Positions 1 to 11,607 of a stretch of 64,000 bases of DNA are shown piece after piece. The notes under the pieces are model-generated. The model had not been told where the DNA came from. It saw only the letters and a list, made by a program, of their open reading frames with translations, and did not search any database. Made by a program: the position numbers and the translations under genes. The DNA comes from Chrysomallon squamiferum (taxonomy: Eukaryota > Animalia > Mollusca), in contig CM022665.1 of assembly GCA_012295275.1 (NCBI GenBank), forward strand, positions 16,368,001-16,432,000, given 5' to 3'. Position 1 is the stretch's first letter; each line of letters starts with the position of its first letter.

Positions 1-1099
1 CACTGATTAATAATCAGTTGAAAATTACTATCATAATCAAATTCCTCTCAATAAAACGTACTTATTATACTGATACGTAGCGTAGCATTATTTGAAGAAG
101 AAAATCTTATATTTACAAGGTTGAAATTTTAGTAAAGAACAACCGTATCTCCAAATCAAAGTTTTATATTCTGTATAAAATATAAAATATTTCACAATAA
201 ATGTTGGTAACTATTCTTACGTAAAACTTGAAATGAGGAAGTACTTTCTTTGTGAACTTATTTATATAGTATTTCAAGGATTTATTTTTATTTTTATTTT
301 TATTTTTTTGTTATTTTTATTTTTTTTATTATTGTTCATCTTCTTCTTAATATTATTGTTGTTGTTGTTTCATTTTATGTTTGTTTTTTTATTTATTTAT
401 TGCTCGAGTGATTATTGGAAGATTTTTTTTTTCACTAATTATTTTGTTCATCTGTTTGCCCACGAAGGTAATTATCTATTTTTTTTCTTTTGTTTGTCAT
501 TCATCTATTTCCTCTTTAATTTATTTATTTATATTCTCTCTTGTTTATTTACAGGATTGTTTTTAATCTTCAGCTATTTATCTGTTTATTGTTTCTTTGT
601 TTATTTATTCGTTCGTTAAAAATAATGCTTGTTTGATCTTATAATACTTTTCTGGATAACAGTGAAATTATATATAATACTAGAAAACGGTCATATTTAG
701 TAGTAATCCAAAATGTGGTAGTATTGCGTTTTTATCATATATGGACACAATAATTATAATCCATTTTAATCACAAATAAAATAATATTGAAAACATCATT
801 AATAATAATAAAATAACTTTAAAAAAATGTTTCGTTAAGTTATGTACTTTTTGATGTGATTAACGTAGTTATTTTTAAATTTTAATTTAATGCTTAATTG
901 CTAATTAAGATTTTCTCTGTGTGTGTGTGTGATTTAAGAATTTGTTTTCGTTCATTCTCTTTGTAATTTTTAATTGATTGATTGATTTATTTATTTTTAT
1001 TTAGTTATGTAGTTATTATTTTTTAAATTCATTTATTGTTTGTTTTTGTTGTTGGCTGGATTCTCTCTCTCTAGCAGTACTAGTCTTATAAAAGCTATA

Positions 1100-1855
1100 G
1101 GGTCATTCCATTTCATTTCACCCCCAAAAAAAAAAAAAATTTAAAACCGTCTCAGATTTTTATAAAATGGTAAATTTGTTGACTGGGAGAAACAATGGAA
1201 GGTAGCATAAAACAGACCATTGGTTTGCAAAACTGTATTTTGGTGGATATTTTGAGATTTTTTTAAACCATTTAAACCCTAAATTTAAACTGAATAAATC
1301 TTATTAAAATTGGTATTGTTAGAAAGGCAAAATGACAATTTAATCAGAAAAATGGCAAAAAAGGTGTTATTTTGTTGTTGTGCATTTTTAAATCTATGTT
1401 GTGGCTAAACAAAGACATATTACACCCAGGAAACTTTTTTATATGTTTTAGTTAACATGTGGGAATTAAATTTTTGCAACTGTACCTCAAGGTCTTTTGA
1501 TCCATACGGTCAATTTCAATTTCATAGCAAAGGTAAAAAGGTCAAGGTTAATAAAGTATTTTCCAAACTGAACAAAAATGGCAGATTTTGAATCCTTGTC
1601 ATTTTATTATTTCTATTGTTACCAATTTTATGAAGGTTTGGCCCATTAGTTATTGAGATATGAGGGTTTAACTTTTTAATGGTAATTTTTTTCAAAAAAT
1701 TCAAAATATGTTTATATATATCTCCCACCATCACTGGTCTGATTGGGCTAAAATTTCAGATTTTGGTGTGGGATCCCAGTAGAAGTATACCAAGTTTTAT
1801 AAAAATCTAAGATGGTCAGGTTTAAACTATTGGGTGATTTGACATGGAATGACCC
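1100..1855. mobile_element. Non-autonomous TIR DNA element (MITE), GGGTCATTCC termini, Sola2-like; copy 1
   Basis: Starts GGGTCATTCCATTTCATTTCACCC at 1100 and ends GGGTGATTTGACATGGAATGACCC at 1855. The internal sequence is the reverse complement of 11608-12303. Flanks TATA/AGTA, so the TSD is decayed or absent. Superfamily inferred from the 5'-GRG terminus and the 4-bp TSD of copy 2. Confidence 0.85.
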
Positions 1856-2236
1856 AGTAGCATAGTGCTAGTAGTGGTAGTTATAGTAGCAGTAGTATTA
1901 TTTCTTAGTTATTTTCATGTTCTTTTAAAAATAACTGTTATTATGATTTTAATTTTGTATGTTTACTGGTGTTTTATTTCTTATTTACTTGTCTTTTATT
2001 TTTATTTTTTTTATTTATTGAGTTTTGTTAATTTTAGTGGTGATAACAGTTGTAATAGCAGAAATAGCAGTAACTCTAATAATAGTAATGTTTTGTTATC
2101 ATGATCATCATCAACCAGTTATTACTATTATTATTATCATTATCATCATTTTTTACTTTATTATTTTTGTTAACCCATCATATTCTTACTATTACTATTT
2201 AGACTTTTTTCTTCTTCTTCTTTCTTGGTGTTGTAG

Positions 2237-5200
2237 AATGTGATTATTTGCCTTCTGAAGATGATGTTCAAAATATCAGAGAATTTGAAGAGAGTCTGAG
2301 ACAGTCCACTTCTCTCAGTTTTAATGACATAGCAAATAAATTACTTACATTATCAGTAATAACTACTGAAGAATACCAGAAAGTTGAAACAGAAAAAGAG
2401 GCTAAAAAATTTGAATTAATATTCAATATCTTAATAGTCAAAGGGCCACATCTTCACTCTCTAGCAAGCAAAATAAGTGAATATAAAGACAAAGTCAGTG
2501 GAATGGAGAAACAGCAAGGTAATTGCATATAAACAAATAAATAAATAAATAAAGTAGGTAGATGATAAAAATGATCATAACAGTAATAATAATAATAAAA
2601 ATACTACTACTAATAATAATACAATTATAAATATGATAATAAAGATGATGATTGTGATACAAATAAAGGACAAGAACAGGATAATTATAAGGGTGTTTAA
2701 CTTATGTTAATTAACTCTGCATGTGTGTTACTGTGGGTGTCCATGTATAGGTGTATATTGTTTTGTGTTTTTGTTTGTTTTCTTTTCTTCAGTTGTCCAA
2801 AGTACACAGACTACTGCACAGTCAGATGAGATATGTATTTTATCAAATGCTGATGTATCTAAAGATTGGAGACTCAAAGTATTGTTGAAAGAAATAGCTG
2901 AAGATCTTGAAAAAACTGATTATGAATACATTAAATTCTTACTCAAGGGTGGGTTGTATTTGATTGTTTGGTTGGTTGGTTGATTGAAAGGTTGCTGTTG
3001 ATTTGTTGTGGTTGGTTAGTTGATTGATTGGTTGTGGTTGATTGGTTGGTTGTTTTGATGGATACCTTGCGATTCTTGATTCATTGTTTGCTGATTTCTT
3101 ATATTTCAGTCATGTACATCTATTATAATTATCTATGTATTTGGCATTTACATCTATCCGTCACTCTCTCTCTCTCTCTCTGATTCTGTCTCTCCATGTT
3201 GCTGTCTGCCTAACATTGGTTTGTTATCGTCATGCTAATTTTTACTTTTTCACCTGTAGGTGAAACTGGATTTGATGAAGAGACACTGAAAAAATGTAGT
3301 GGACCATTAGATCTTTTTATACATCTCAAGGAAGTGAACAAAATCAACAGATACAATCTTCTCTATCTGCAAAGTCTTATGTGGCATGCAAAAAGAATAG
3401 ACCTGGTGGAAATAATTGCAAAATATGCCAACCAAAATAAGAATGAACCATTATATTTTTTCATTCCACCTGAAAAACCAGGTAAAAATTAATTAGTCAC
3501 ATTGAATATCTAAGATCAGGTGTTTGTATAAGTGATTAATATACACTAACTAAAAATTGATGGTGAATTTCAATTTGTTTAATATAATTTAAGGCATTTA
3601 TTGAATTATGCTTGACTAAATCACAGAAAATGTGTTCATTATTGAGTAAGTTTTAGTCAGGATATAAATGGGTTGAACAGTATACTATGAAATACCAGTT
3701 ACATGTATTGATGTTTCACTCTTTAATTATGCCTACATGAGTCTCCAAAACCTGACAGAGATTCACAGTTTATTTCAGTTTTATACCAGACAAATGCTTT
3801 TTAAACTTCATGGATACATACTTTGAAATTAAACTATAATTAATGCAATACAACATTACATCCAAATTATGAAAAGTATATTAAACATTGATTAAAATGC
3901 ATTAAAATCTTGTTGTGATTATTTTATTTGGTGTTTTTGTGTACATTTTTCAGCAAATGGTTACAAATATGTCAAGCTATACATTAAAGGCAGTAGTTCT
4001 AGGCTGAATAATAAAGAAAAAGAAAAGCAAAGACATCTGTTGGCTGAACTACTTTGCTTACCATTAGAATTTGTGTTCCTAGCTGGAATCGAACCATCTA
4101 ACAGTATTTTGTTAACATTCATGGTTCCAGAAATAAATATAGAACTTTTTGAAAGGCTTAATCCCACCACTGAAGGGATAACTGTGAAATTTGTTAAAAA
4201 TATCCTTACAATTAAAGGTATGTGATTCCAGTTTAATTTCTTATTTTATAATTTGCTATTCTGTTGTTTGTGGGTTTTTTCTTTGTTTGTTTGTTTGTTT
4301 TTAATTAATTCATGAAATGGTTGTCTGATATATATTATACTGATGGACAGATAGATAAGGATCAAATTAAAATATTTTTTAAGGCAAGGCAAGTGTTTAT
4401 TTGAATCACTTGTAACAAATAAACCAAAAAAAACAAAACAATTTGACAGCTCTGCAAATTTGCTGAGCTAACTTTCTGCTTTTTACCCTCTTTTATAATT
4501 GAATCTTGCCATGGGATTTCTAGTTTACAAGTAAAAACAACAGAGACACCTAATTAACATAAGACTGACTTCATTCAGTGAAATATTGTGTGATTATCGA
4601 AAATGGCTGCATGCACGATATTGTCTCGTGGAGTTGAGATATATGGAAAGGGCATGAAGCCTCAAGGTTTTATTGCAATGGGCATCATCCAGATTTTAAG
4701 ATACCAAAGCATGTAAAGGCAACAACCTAAGCATTTTGCCATCAGCATCATGGTAAACATTAAGGCCCTATGTCATGTGTGTGTGTTATCTGATATAATT
4801 ATTTACTTGCATATTATCATAGAACTGTGATAGGCTGGACAAATTGTGATTTTAGTGTTAGCATGAGATAAGGTATAGAATACAATATGTTACCATATTG
4901 AAATATTTTATATTGACAACATACTTTGTTTTACATATCAGAAATCTCTTTGGAAAAACAAGAGCCAACAGATGAAGAAATTGAGTGGGAAAAGCAAGTG
5001 AAACATCTGATGGAAAAAGAGAAAAAACTGAAACAAGTGCTGGATCTGACCTCGGCACAGCTGCTAGAAAAAAACAAACGGTTAAATGTTCTAGAACAGA
5101 CAGAGAAAGGTACATATACTTCACCTTATTTTTGCTGCTTTTCATACATATATACACACACACACATATGTCACATGTTTGCTGTTTATCTAATATAATT

Positions 5201-5520
5201 ATTTACATATCACTTTTCACAGGCAGATTATGGGACATTTCCCTGTTGCATAGAAACTTTCCCTACTAAAATAAAATAATATCATAAAGTAAAAAAGAAA
5301 GCATACACACAAATTAAAACGTCTACAAAGAAAAAGGTCAAAGTTCATTTTACAACTGATTGAAGTGAATGTAAGGATTCAGTGTGTGACTGCAGCATTC
5401 CTGCAAACCTAGCAATATGTGTCTTCTACCATCTCTCTCTCTCACACACAATAACACACACATAGAGATATCCTGTAAAAAGTTTAATTTTAAATTATAA
5501 ATATTTACATATTGTTTGTC

Positions 5521-5553
<33 letters not shown>

Positions 5554-6704
5554 TACCTAGAATATAGTCTACCACTGCTTTGTATGAATTATCATAAAAC
5601 TGAGAAAGGTATGTATAAACACACATTCTGCTTTTAGAATTAGTATAAGATAAGGTATAGAATACAATTTGATAACTCTATGTTGAAATATTTCCCATTA
5701 ACAATAACCTTTCTTTTACATAACAGGAATCCCTTTGGAAAAACAAGAACGAACAGATGAAGGAATTGAGGGGGAAAAACAAATGAAACATCTGATGGAA
5801 AAAGATAAAGTAAAACAGCTGGAAGGAGAAGAACAAATATTGTTACAGGCAGAGAAAGGTATGTATAAACACACATTCTGCTTTTAGTGTTAGTCTAAGA
5901 TAAGGTATAAACTACAACAGGATAACTCTATGTTGAAATATTTCCCAATAACAACATCCTTTCTTTTACATAACAGGAATCCCTTTGGAAAAACAAGAGC
6001 CAACAGATGAAGAAATTGAGTGCAAAAACATGATATTATCTCAGCAAAGTGAAGTAATGTTACAGACAGTTAGAAGACTGTTTATAGGTATGTTCAGCAA
6101 AGTACTGAAAGTGGGAGACTAGTTTCACAAAACAACTGATGTGGAGATGATGAAACACAGTTTTCTTTTTGTTTGTATTTGTTTTAAATTGTGTGTGTGT
6201 TTTCTTCTTCACTTTGTTGTTGCTGCTTTTCATACACACACACATACATATCACATATTTGCTATTTATCTAATATAATCATTTATTTACATATCACTTT
6301 TCACAGGCAGATTATGGGACATTTCCCTGTTGCATAGAAACTTTCCCTGCTAAAATAAAATAATATCATAAAGTAAAAAAGAAAGCATACACACAAATTA
6401 AAACGTCTACAAAGAAAAAGGTCAAAGTTCATTTTACAACTGATTGAAGTGAATGTAAGGATTCAGTGTGTGACTGCAGCATTTCTGCAAACCTAGCAAT
6501 ATGTGTCTTCTACCATCTCTCTCTCTCACACACAAACACACACACATAGAGATATCCTGTAAAAAGTTTAATTTTAAATTATAAATATTTACATATTGTT
6601 TGTCAACACAAACACACACACACACACACTCACACACACACAGAGATATCCTGTAAAATTTATGATTTTAAATTATAATTATTTACATATTGTTTGTCAA
6701 CACA

Positions 6705-6742
<38 letters not shown>

Positions 6743-6796
6743 GATATCCTGCAAAAAGTTTAATTTTAAATTATAAATATTTACATATTGTTTGTC

Positions 6797-6851
<55 letters not shown>

Positions 6852-9160
6852 TACCTAGAATACAGCCTGCCATTGCTTTGTATGAATTATCATACAATTT
6901 TGATATACTGGATACACATTAATTTTAGTACTAGTATAAGGTAATACATAGAATACAATATGATAACACTATGTTGAAATATTTCCCAGTAACAACATCC
7001 TTTCTTTTTACATAACAGGAAATCCTTTGGAAAAACAAGAGCCAACAGATGAAGAAAGTGAGAGTGAAAAATTGGTGACATTATTGCAGGACATGGAAGC
7101 AATGTTACAGACAGTTAGAAGACTGTTTATAGGTATGTTCAGCAAAGTACTGAAAGTGGGAGACTAGTTTCACAAAACAACTGATGTGGAGATAATGAAA
7201 TACAGTTTTCTTTTTGTTTGTATTTGTTTTAAAATTGTGTGTGTTTTTTTCTTTTTCACTTTGTTGTTGCTGCTTTTCATACACACACACATACATATCA
7301 CATATTTGCTATTTATCTAATATAATCATTTATTTACATATCACTTTTCACAGGCAGATTATGGGACATTTCCCTGTTGCATAGAAACTTTCCCTGCTAA
7401 AATAAAATAATATCATAAAGTAAAAAAGAAAGCATACACACAAATTAAAACGTCTACAAAGAAAAAGGTCAAAGTTCATTTTACAACTGATTGAAGTGAA
7501 TGTAAGGATTCAGTGTGTGACTGCAGCATTCCTGCAAACCTAGCAATATGTGTCTTCTACCACTCTCTCTCTCTCTCACACACAATAACACACACATAGA
7601 GATATCCTGTAAAAAGTTTAATTTTAAATTATAAATATTTACATATTGTTTGTCAACACAAACACACACACACACACACACCTTACCTAGAATATAGTCT
7701 ACCACTGCTTTGTATGAATTATCATAAAACTGAGAAAGGTATGTATAAACACACATTCTGCTTTTAGAATTAGTATAAGATAAGGTATAGAATACAATCT
7801 GATAACTCTATGTTGAAATATTTCCCATTAACAATAACCTTTCTTTTATATAACAGGAATCCCTTTGGAAAAACAAGAACCAACAGATGAAGGAATTGAG
7901 GGGGAAAAACAAATGAAACATCTGATGGAAAAAGATAAAGTAAAACAGCTGGAAGGAGAAGAACAAATATTGTTACAGGCAGAGAAAGGTATGTATAAAC
8001 ACACATTCTGCTTTTAGTGTTAGTCTAAGATAAGGTATAAATTACAACAGGATAACTCTATGTTGAAATATTTTCCAATAACAACATCCTTTCTTTTATA
8101 TAACAGGAATCCCTTTGGAAAAACAAGAACCAACAGATGAAGGAATTGAGGGGGAAAAACAAATGAAACATCTGATGGAAAAAGATAAAGTAAAACAGCT
8201 GGAAGGAGAAGAACAAATATTGTTACAGGCAGAGAAAGGTATGTATAAACACACATTCTGCTTTTAGTGTTAGTCTAAGATAAGGTATAGATTACAACAG
8301 GATAACTCTATGTTGAAATATTTTCCAATAACAACATCCTTTCTTTTATATAACAGGAATCCCTTTGGAAAAACAAGAACCAACAGATGAAGAAACTGAG
8401 TACAAAATCCCTATGACATTTTTTCAGCAGTTTGAAATAATAATAAAGGAAATTAGAAGACTGTTTATAGGTATGTTCAGCAGATACTGAAAGTGGTAGA
8501 CTAGTTTCACAAAACAACTGATGTGGAGATGATGAAACACAGTTTTCTTTTTGTTTGTATTTGTTTTAAATTGTGTGTGTGTTTTCTTCTTCACTTTGTT
8601 GTTGCTGCTTTTCATACACACACACATACATATCACATATTTGCTATTTATCTAATATAATCATTTATTTACATATCACTTTTCACAGGCAGATTATGGG
8701 ACATTTCCCTGTTGCATAGAAACTTTCCCTGCTAAAATAAAATAATATCATAAAGTAAAAAAGAAAGCATACACACAAATTAAAACGTCTACAAAGAAAA
8801 AGGTCAAAGTTCATTTTACAACTGATTGAAGTGAATGTAAGGATTCAGTGTGTGACTGCAGCATTCCTGCAAACCTAGCAATATGTGTCCTCTACCATCT
8901 CTCTCTCTCACACACAAACACACACACATAGAGATATCCTGTAAAAAGTTTAATTTTAAATTATAAATATTTACATATTGTTTGTCAACACACACACACA
9001 CTCACACACACACAGAGATATCCTGTAAAATTTATGATTTTAAATTATAATTATTTACATATTGTTTGTCAACACAGACACACACACACACACACACACA
9101 CACAGAGATATCCTGCAAAAAGTTTAATTTTAAATTATAAATATTTACATATTGTTTGTC

Positions 9161-9201
<41 letters not shown>

Positions 9202-10466
9202 TACCTAGAATACAGCCTGCCATTGCTTTGTATGAATTATCATACAATTTTGATATACTGGATACACATTAATTTTAGTACTAGTATAAGGTAATACATA
9301 GAATACAATATGATAACACTATGTTGAAATATTTCCCACTAACAACATCCTTTCTTTTTACATAACAGGAAATTCTTTGGAAAAACAAGAGCCAACAGAT
9401 GAAGAAAGTGAGAGTGAAAAATTGGAGACATTATTGCAGGACATGGAAGCAATGTTACAGACAATTAGAAGACTGAATGTAGTAGGTATGTTCAGCAAAG
9501 TACTGAAAGTGGGAGACTAGTTTCACAAAACAACTGATGTGGAGATAATGAAATACAGTTTTCTTTTTGTTTGTATTTGTTTTAAATTGTGTGTGTGTTT
9601 TCTTCTTCACTTTGTTGTTGCTGCTTTTCATACACACACACATACATATCACATATTTGCTATTTATCTAATATAATCATTTATTTACATATCACTTTTC
9701 ACAGGCAGATTATGGGACATTTCCCTGTTGCATAGAAACTTTCCCTACTAAAATAAAATAATATCATAAAGTAAAAAAGAAAGCATACACACAAATTAAA
9801 ACGTCTACAAAGAAAAAGGTCAAAGTTCATTTTACAACTGATTGAAGTGAATGTAAGGATTCAGTGTGTGACTGCAGCATTCCTGCAAACCTAGCAATAT
9901 GTGTCTTCTACCATCTCTCTCTCTCACACACAATAACACACACATAGAGATATCCTGTAAAAAGTTTAATTTTAAATTATAAATATTTACATATTGTTTG
10001 TCAACACAAACACACACACACACCTTACCTAGAATATAGTCTACCACTGATTTGTATGAATTATCATAAAACTGAGAAAGGTATGTATAAAAACACATTC
10101 TGCTTTTAGAATTAGTATAAGATAAGGTATAGAATACAATCTGATAACTCTATGTTGAAATATTTTCCAGTAACAATAACCTTTCTTTTACATAACAGGA
10201 AATCCTTTGGAAAAACAAGAGCCAAGAGATGAAGACAAGAAGTTATTTTATCAGCAACTGAAGAAATTGTTAATCATTTGTGAAGATGTGTCCAAGGTAC
10301 ATTCAGCAGATACTGAAAGTGGTAGACTAGTTTCACAAAACAACTGATGTGGAGATGATGAAACACAGTTTTCTTTTTGTTTGTATTTGTATTAAATTGT
10401 GTGTGTGTGTTTGGTTTTTTTACTTTATTTTTGCTGCTTTTCATACATGCATAGATATATACATAC

Positions 10467-10497
<31 letters not shown>

Positions 10498-10931
10498 AGC
10501 ACAAGTATTTGCTGTTTATCTAATATAATAATTTATTTACTTATCACTTTACAGAGTCAGATTATGGGGCATTTCCCATTTGGAAACATGTCCGGGCTAA
10601 AATAAAATAAAATAAAATCATGGTCAGATACAAGGTCAAAGTTTGTTTTACAACTGATTGAAGAGAATGTAAGGATTCAGTTTAAAATTATAAATATTTA
10701 CCTACTTTTTCTGAATACACACACACCCTCCCCTTACCTAAAGAATAATCCACCATTGCTTTGTTTGTATTTTCATAAAATTGTGATATACTGAACACAT
10801 TGTATTTTTTGTGTCACTATGAGATAAGGTATAGAATACAATATCTTAACACTATGTTGAAATATTTTCCAGAGACAACATTCTTTTTTTTTACATATCA
10901 GAAAAACAAGAACAAGAAAACATATATCTGA
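2237..10931 (+). CDS. Death-fold adaptor-like protein: CARD-like + death effector domain (DED) + TRADD-N-like domain + tandem exon-encoded acidic/helical repeats; 5' coding exon not identified; at least 690 aa
   Basis: AG/GT-bounded in-frame exons: 2237-2518 (CARD-like, DIANKLLTLSVITTEEYQKV...LIFNILIVKGP); 2793-2948 and 3260-3481 (DED, LLKEIAEDLEKTDYEYIKFLL...LDLFIHLKE...KRIDL with the RxDL motif); 3954-4217 (VKLYIKG...FVFLAGIEPSNSILLTFMVPE, TRADD-N-like by recollection of the motif). Repeat exons follow: 4942-5109, 5727-5858, 5977-6087, 7019-7132, 7857-7988, 8107-8238, 8357-8470, 9369-9485, 10199-10296 and 10902-10931 (TGA). The first 12 exons are all phase 1-1 with lengths divisible by 3. 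Confidence 0.8.
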
Positions 10932-11010
10932 AATTGGACTAAAAACATAAAATAAAAAATAAAAAATGAAAGCATGTAAAAGACTGCTGACACTTTAGTG
11001 TAAAGGTATA
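4800..11010 (+). repeat. Intragenic tandem duplication array (exon + intron units, with a 2.1-2.4 kb higher-order repeat)
   Basis: Ten copies of the acceptor block TATGTTGAAATATTT..CTTTTACATAACAG, each followed by a homologous exon. Three 118-bp short introns (5859-5976, 7989-8106, 8239-8356). A near-identical long-intron block (CACAGGCAGATTATGGGACATTTCCC...) at about 5215, 6300, 7350, 8680 and 9700, with (CA)n tracts. Confidence 0.95.
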
Positions 11011-11607
11011 TTCAAAGCACTGCAAATGGAAGTCTGTTTAAATATATGACACAGTGAAGATCAAACACAGTCACCATGGTGTAGCTGGGTTTTTTTAATG
11101 TTGTTTTGGGTTTTTTTTCTTGTGTGTATGGTTGTTCTGTATTTGTTTTTTCAGAGTATTTCTTTCTAATGACATTCATAAAACTTTCCTATATTCAAGA
11201 TTTTTCTAAATTCTTTTGTACCAGTCATATTTGTATTTTTTATTAAATTTAAAAAAAACAACATTTTAATGAAAATTTGATTAAATTATATTACAGAAAT
11301 AAGGTATGATGAATGAAATGATGATGTAGATGATGTAAATGATGTAAATGATTACTATTATTATTATTATTATTATGTTCTTATTATTCTTATGTTCTTT
11401 GTTACAGGACATTTTATTTTTGTAAAATGATATTGAGAAAAATATGTGGTAGCTACAATAAAAAGTTGCAATGATAAAGTTACAGAAAATTAATCAGTGT
11501 TTCAAGAAAACAAAACTGAATGTGACATAGACTTAATTTCATTCATTAAAAATCATATGGTGACTCACTAGCCTTACTAATTTTGTTTATTATATTTTTA
11601 TACCTTT

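Noticed and set aside
233-619. 128-aa Phe/Leu-rich ORF resembling a membrane protein (likewise 1865-2243 and 12622-13192)
   Set aside because: T-rich low-complexity and (TTA)n sequence gives hydrophobic ORFs by chance; no family motif.
4960-9405. EPTD in the repeats as tandem caspase cleavage sites
   Set aside because: P1' is Glu and P3 is Pro, both generally disfavoured by caspases. The TRAF-motif reading fits better, though cleavage is not excluded.
5350-10605. Recurring minus-strand ORFs (MCVCVCV..., MCVYTYLSLPV...)
   Set aside because: They are antisense readings of duplicated introns, exons and (CA)n tracts. The spliced + strand frame explains the region.
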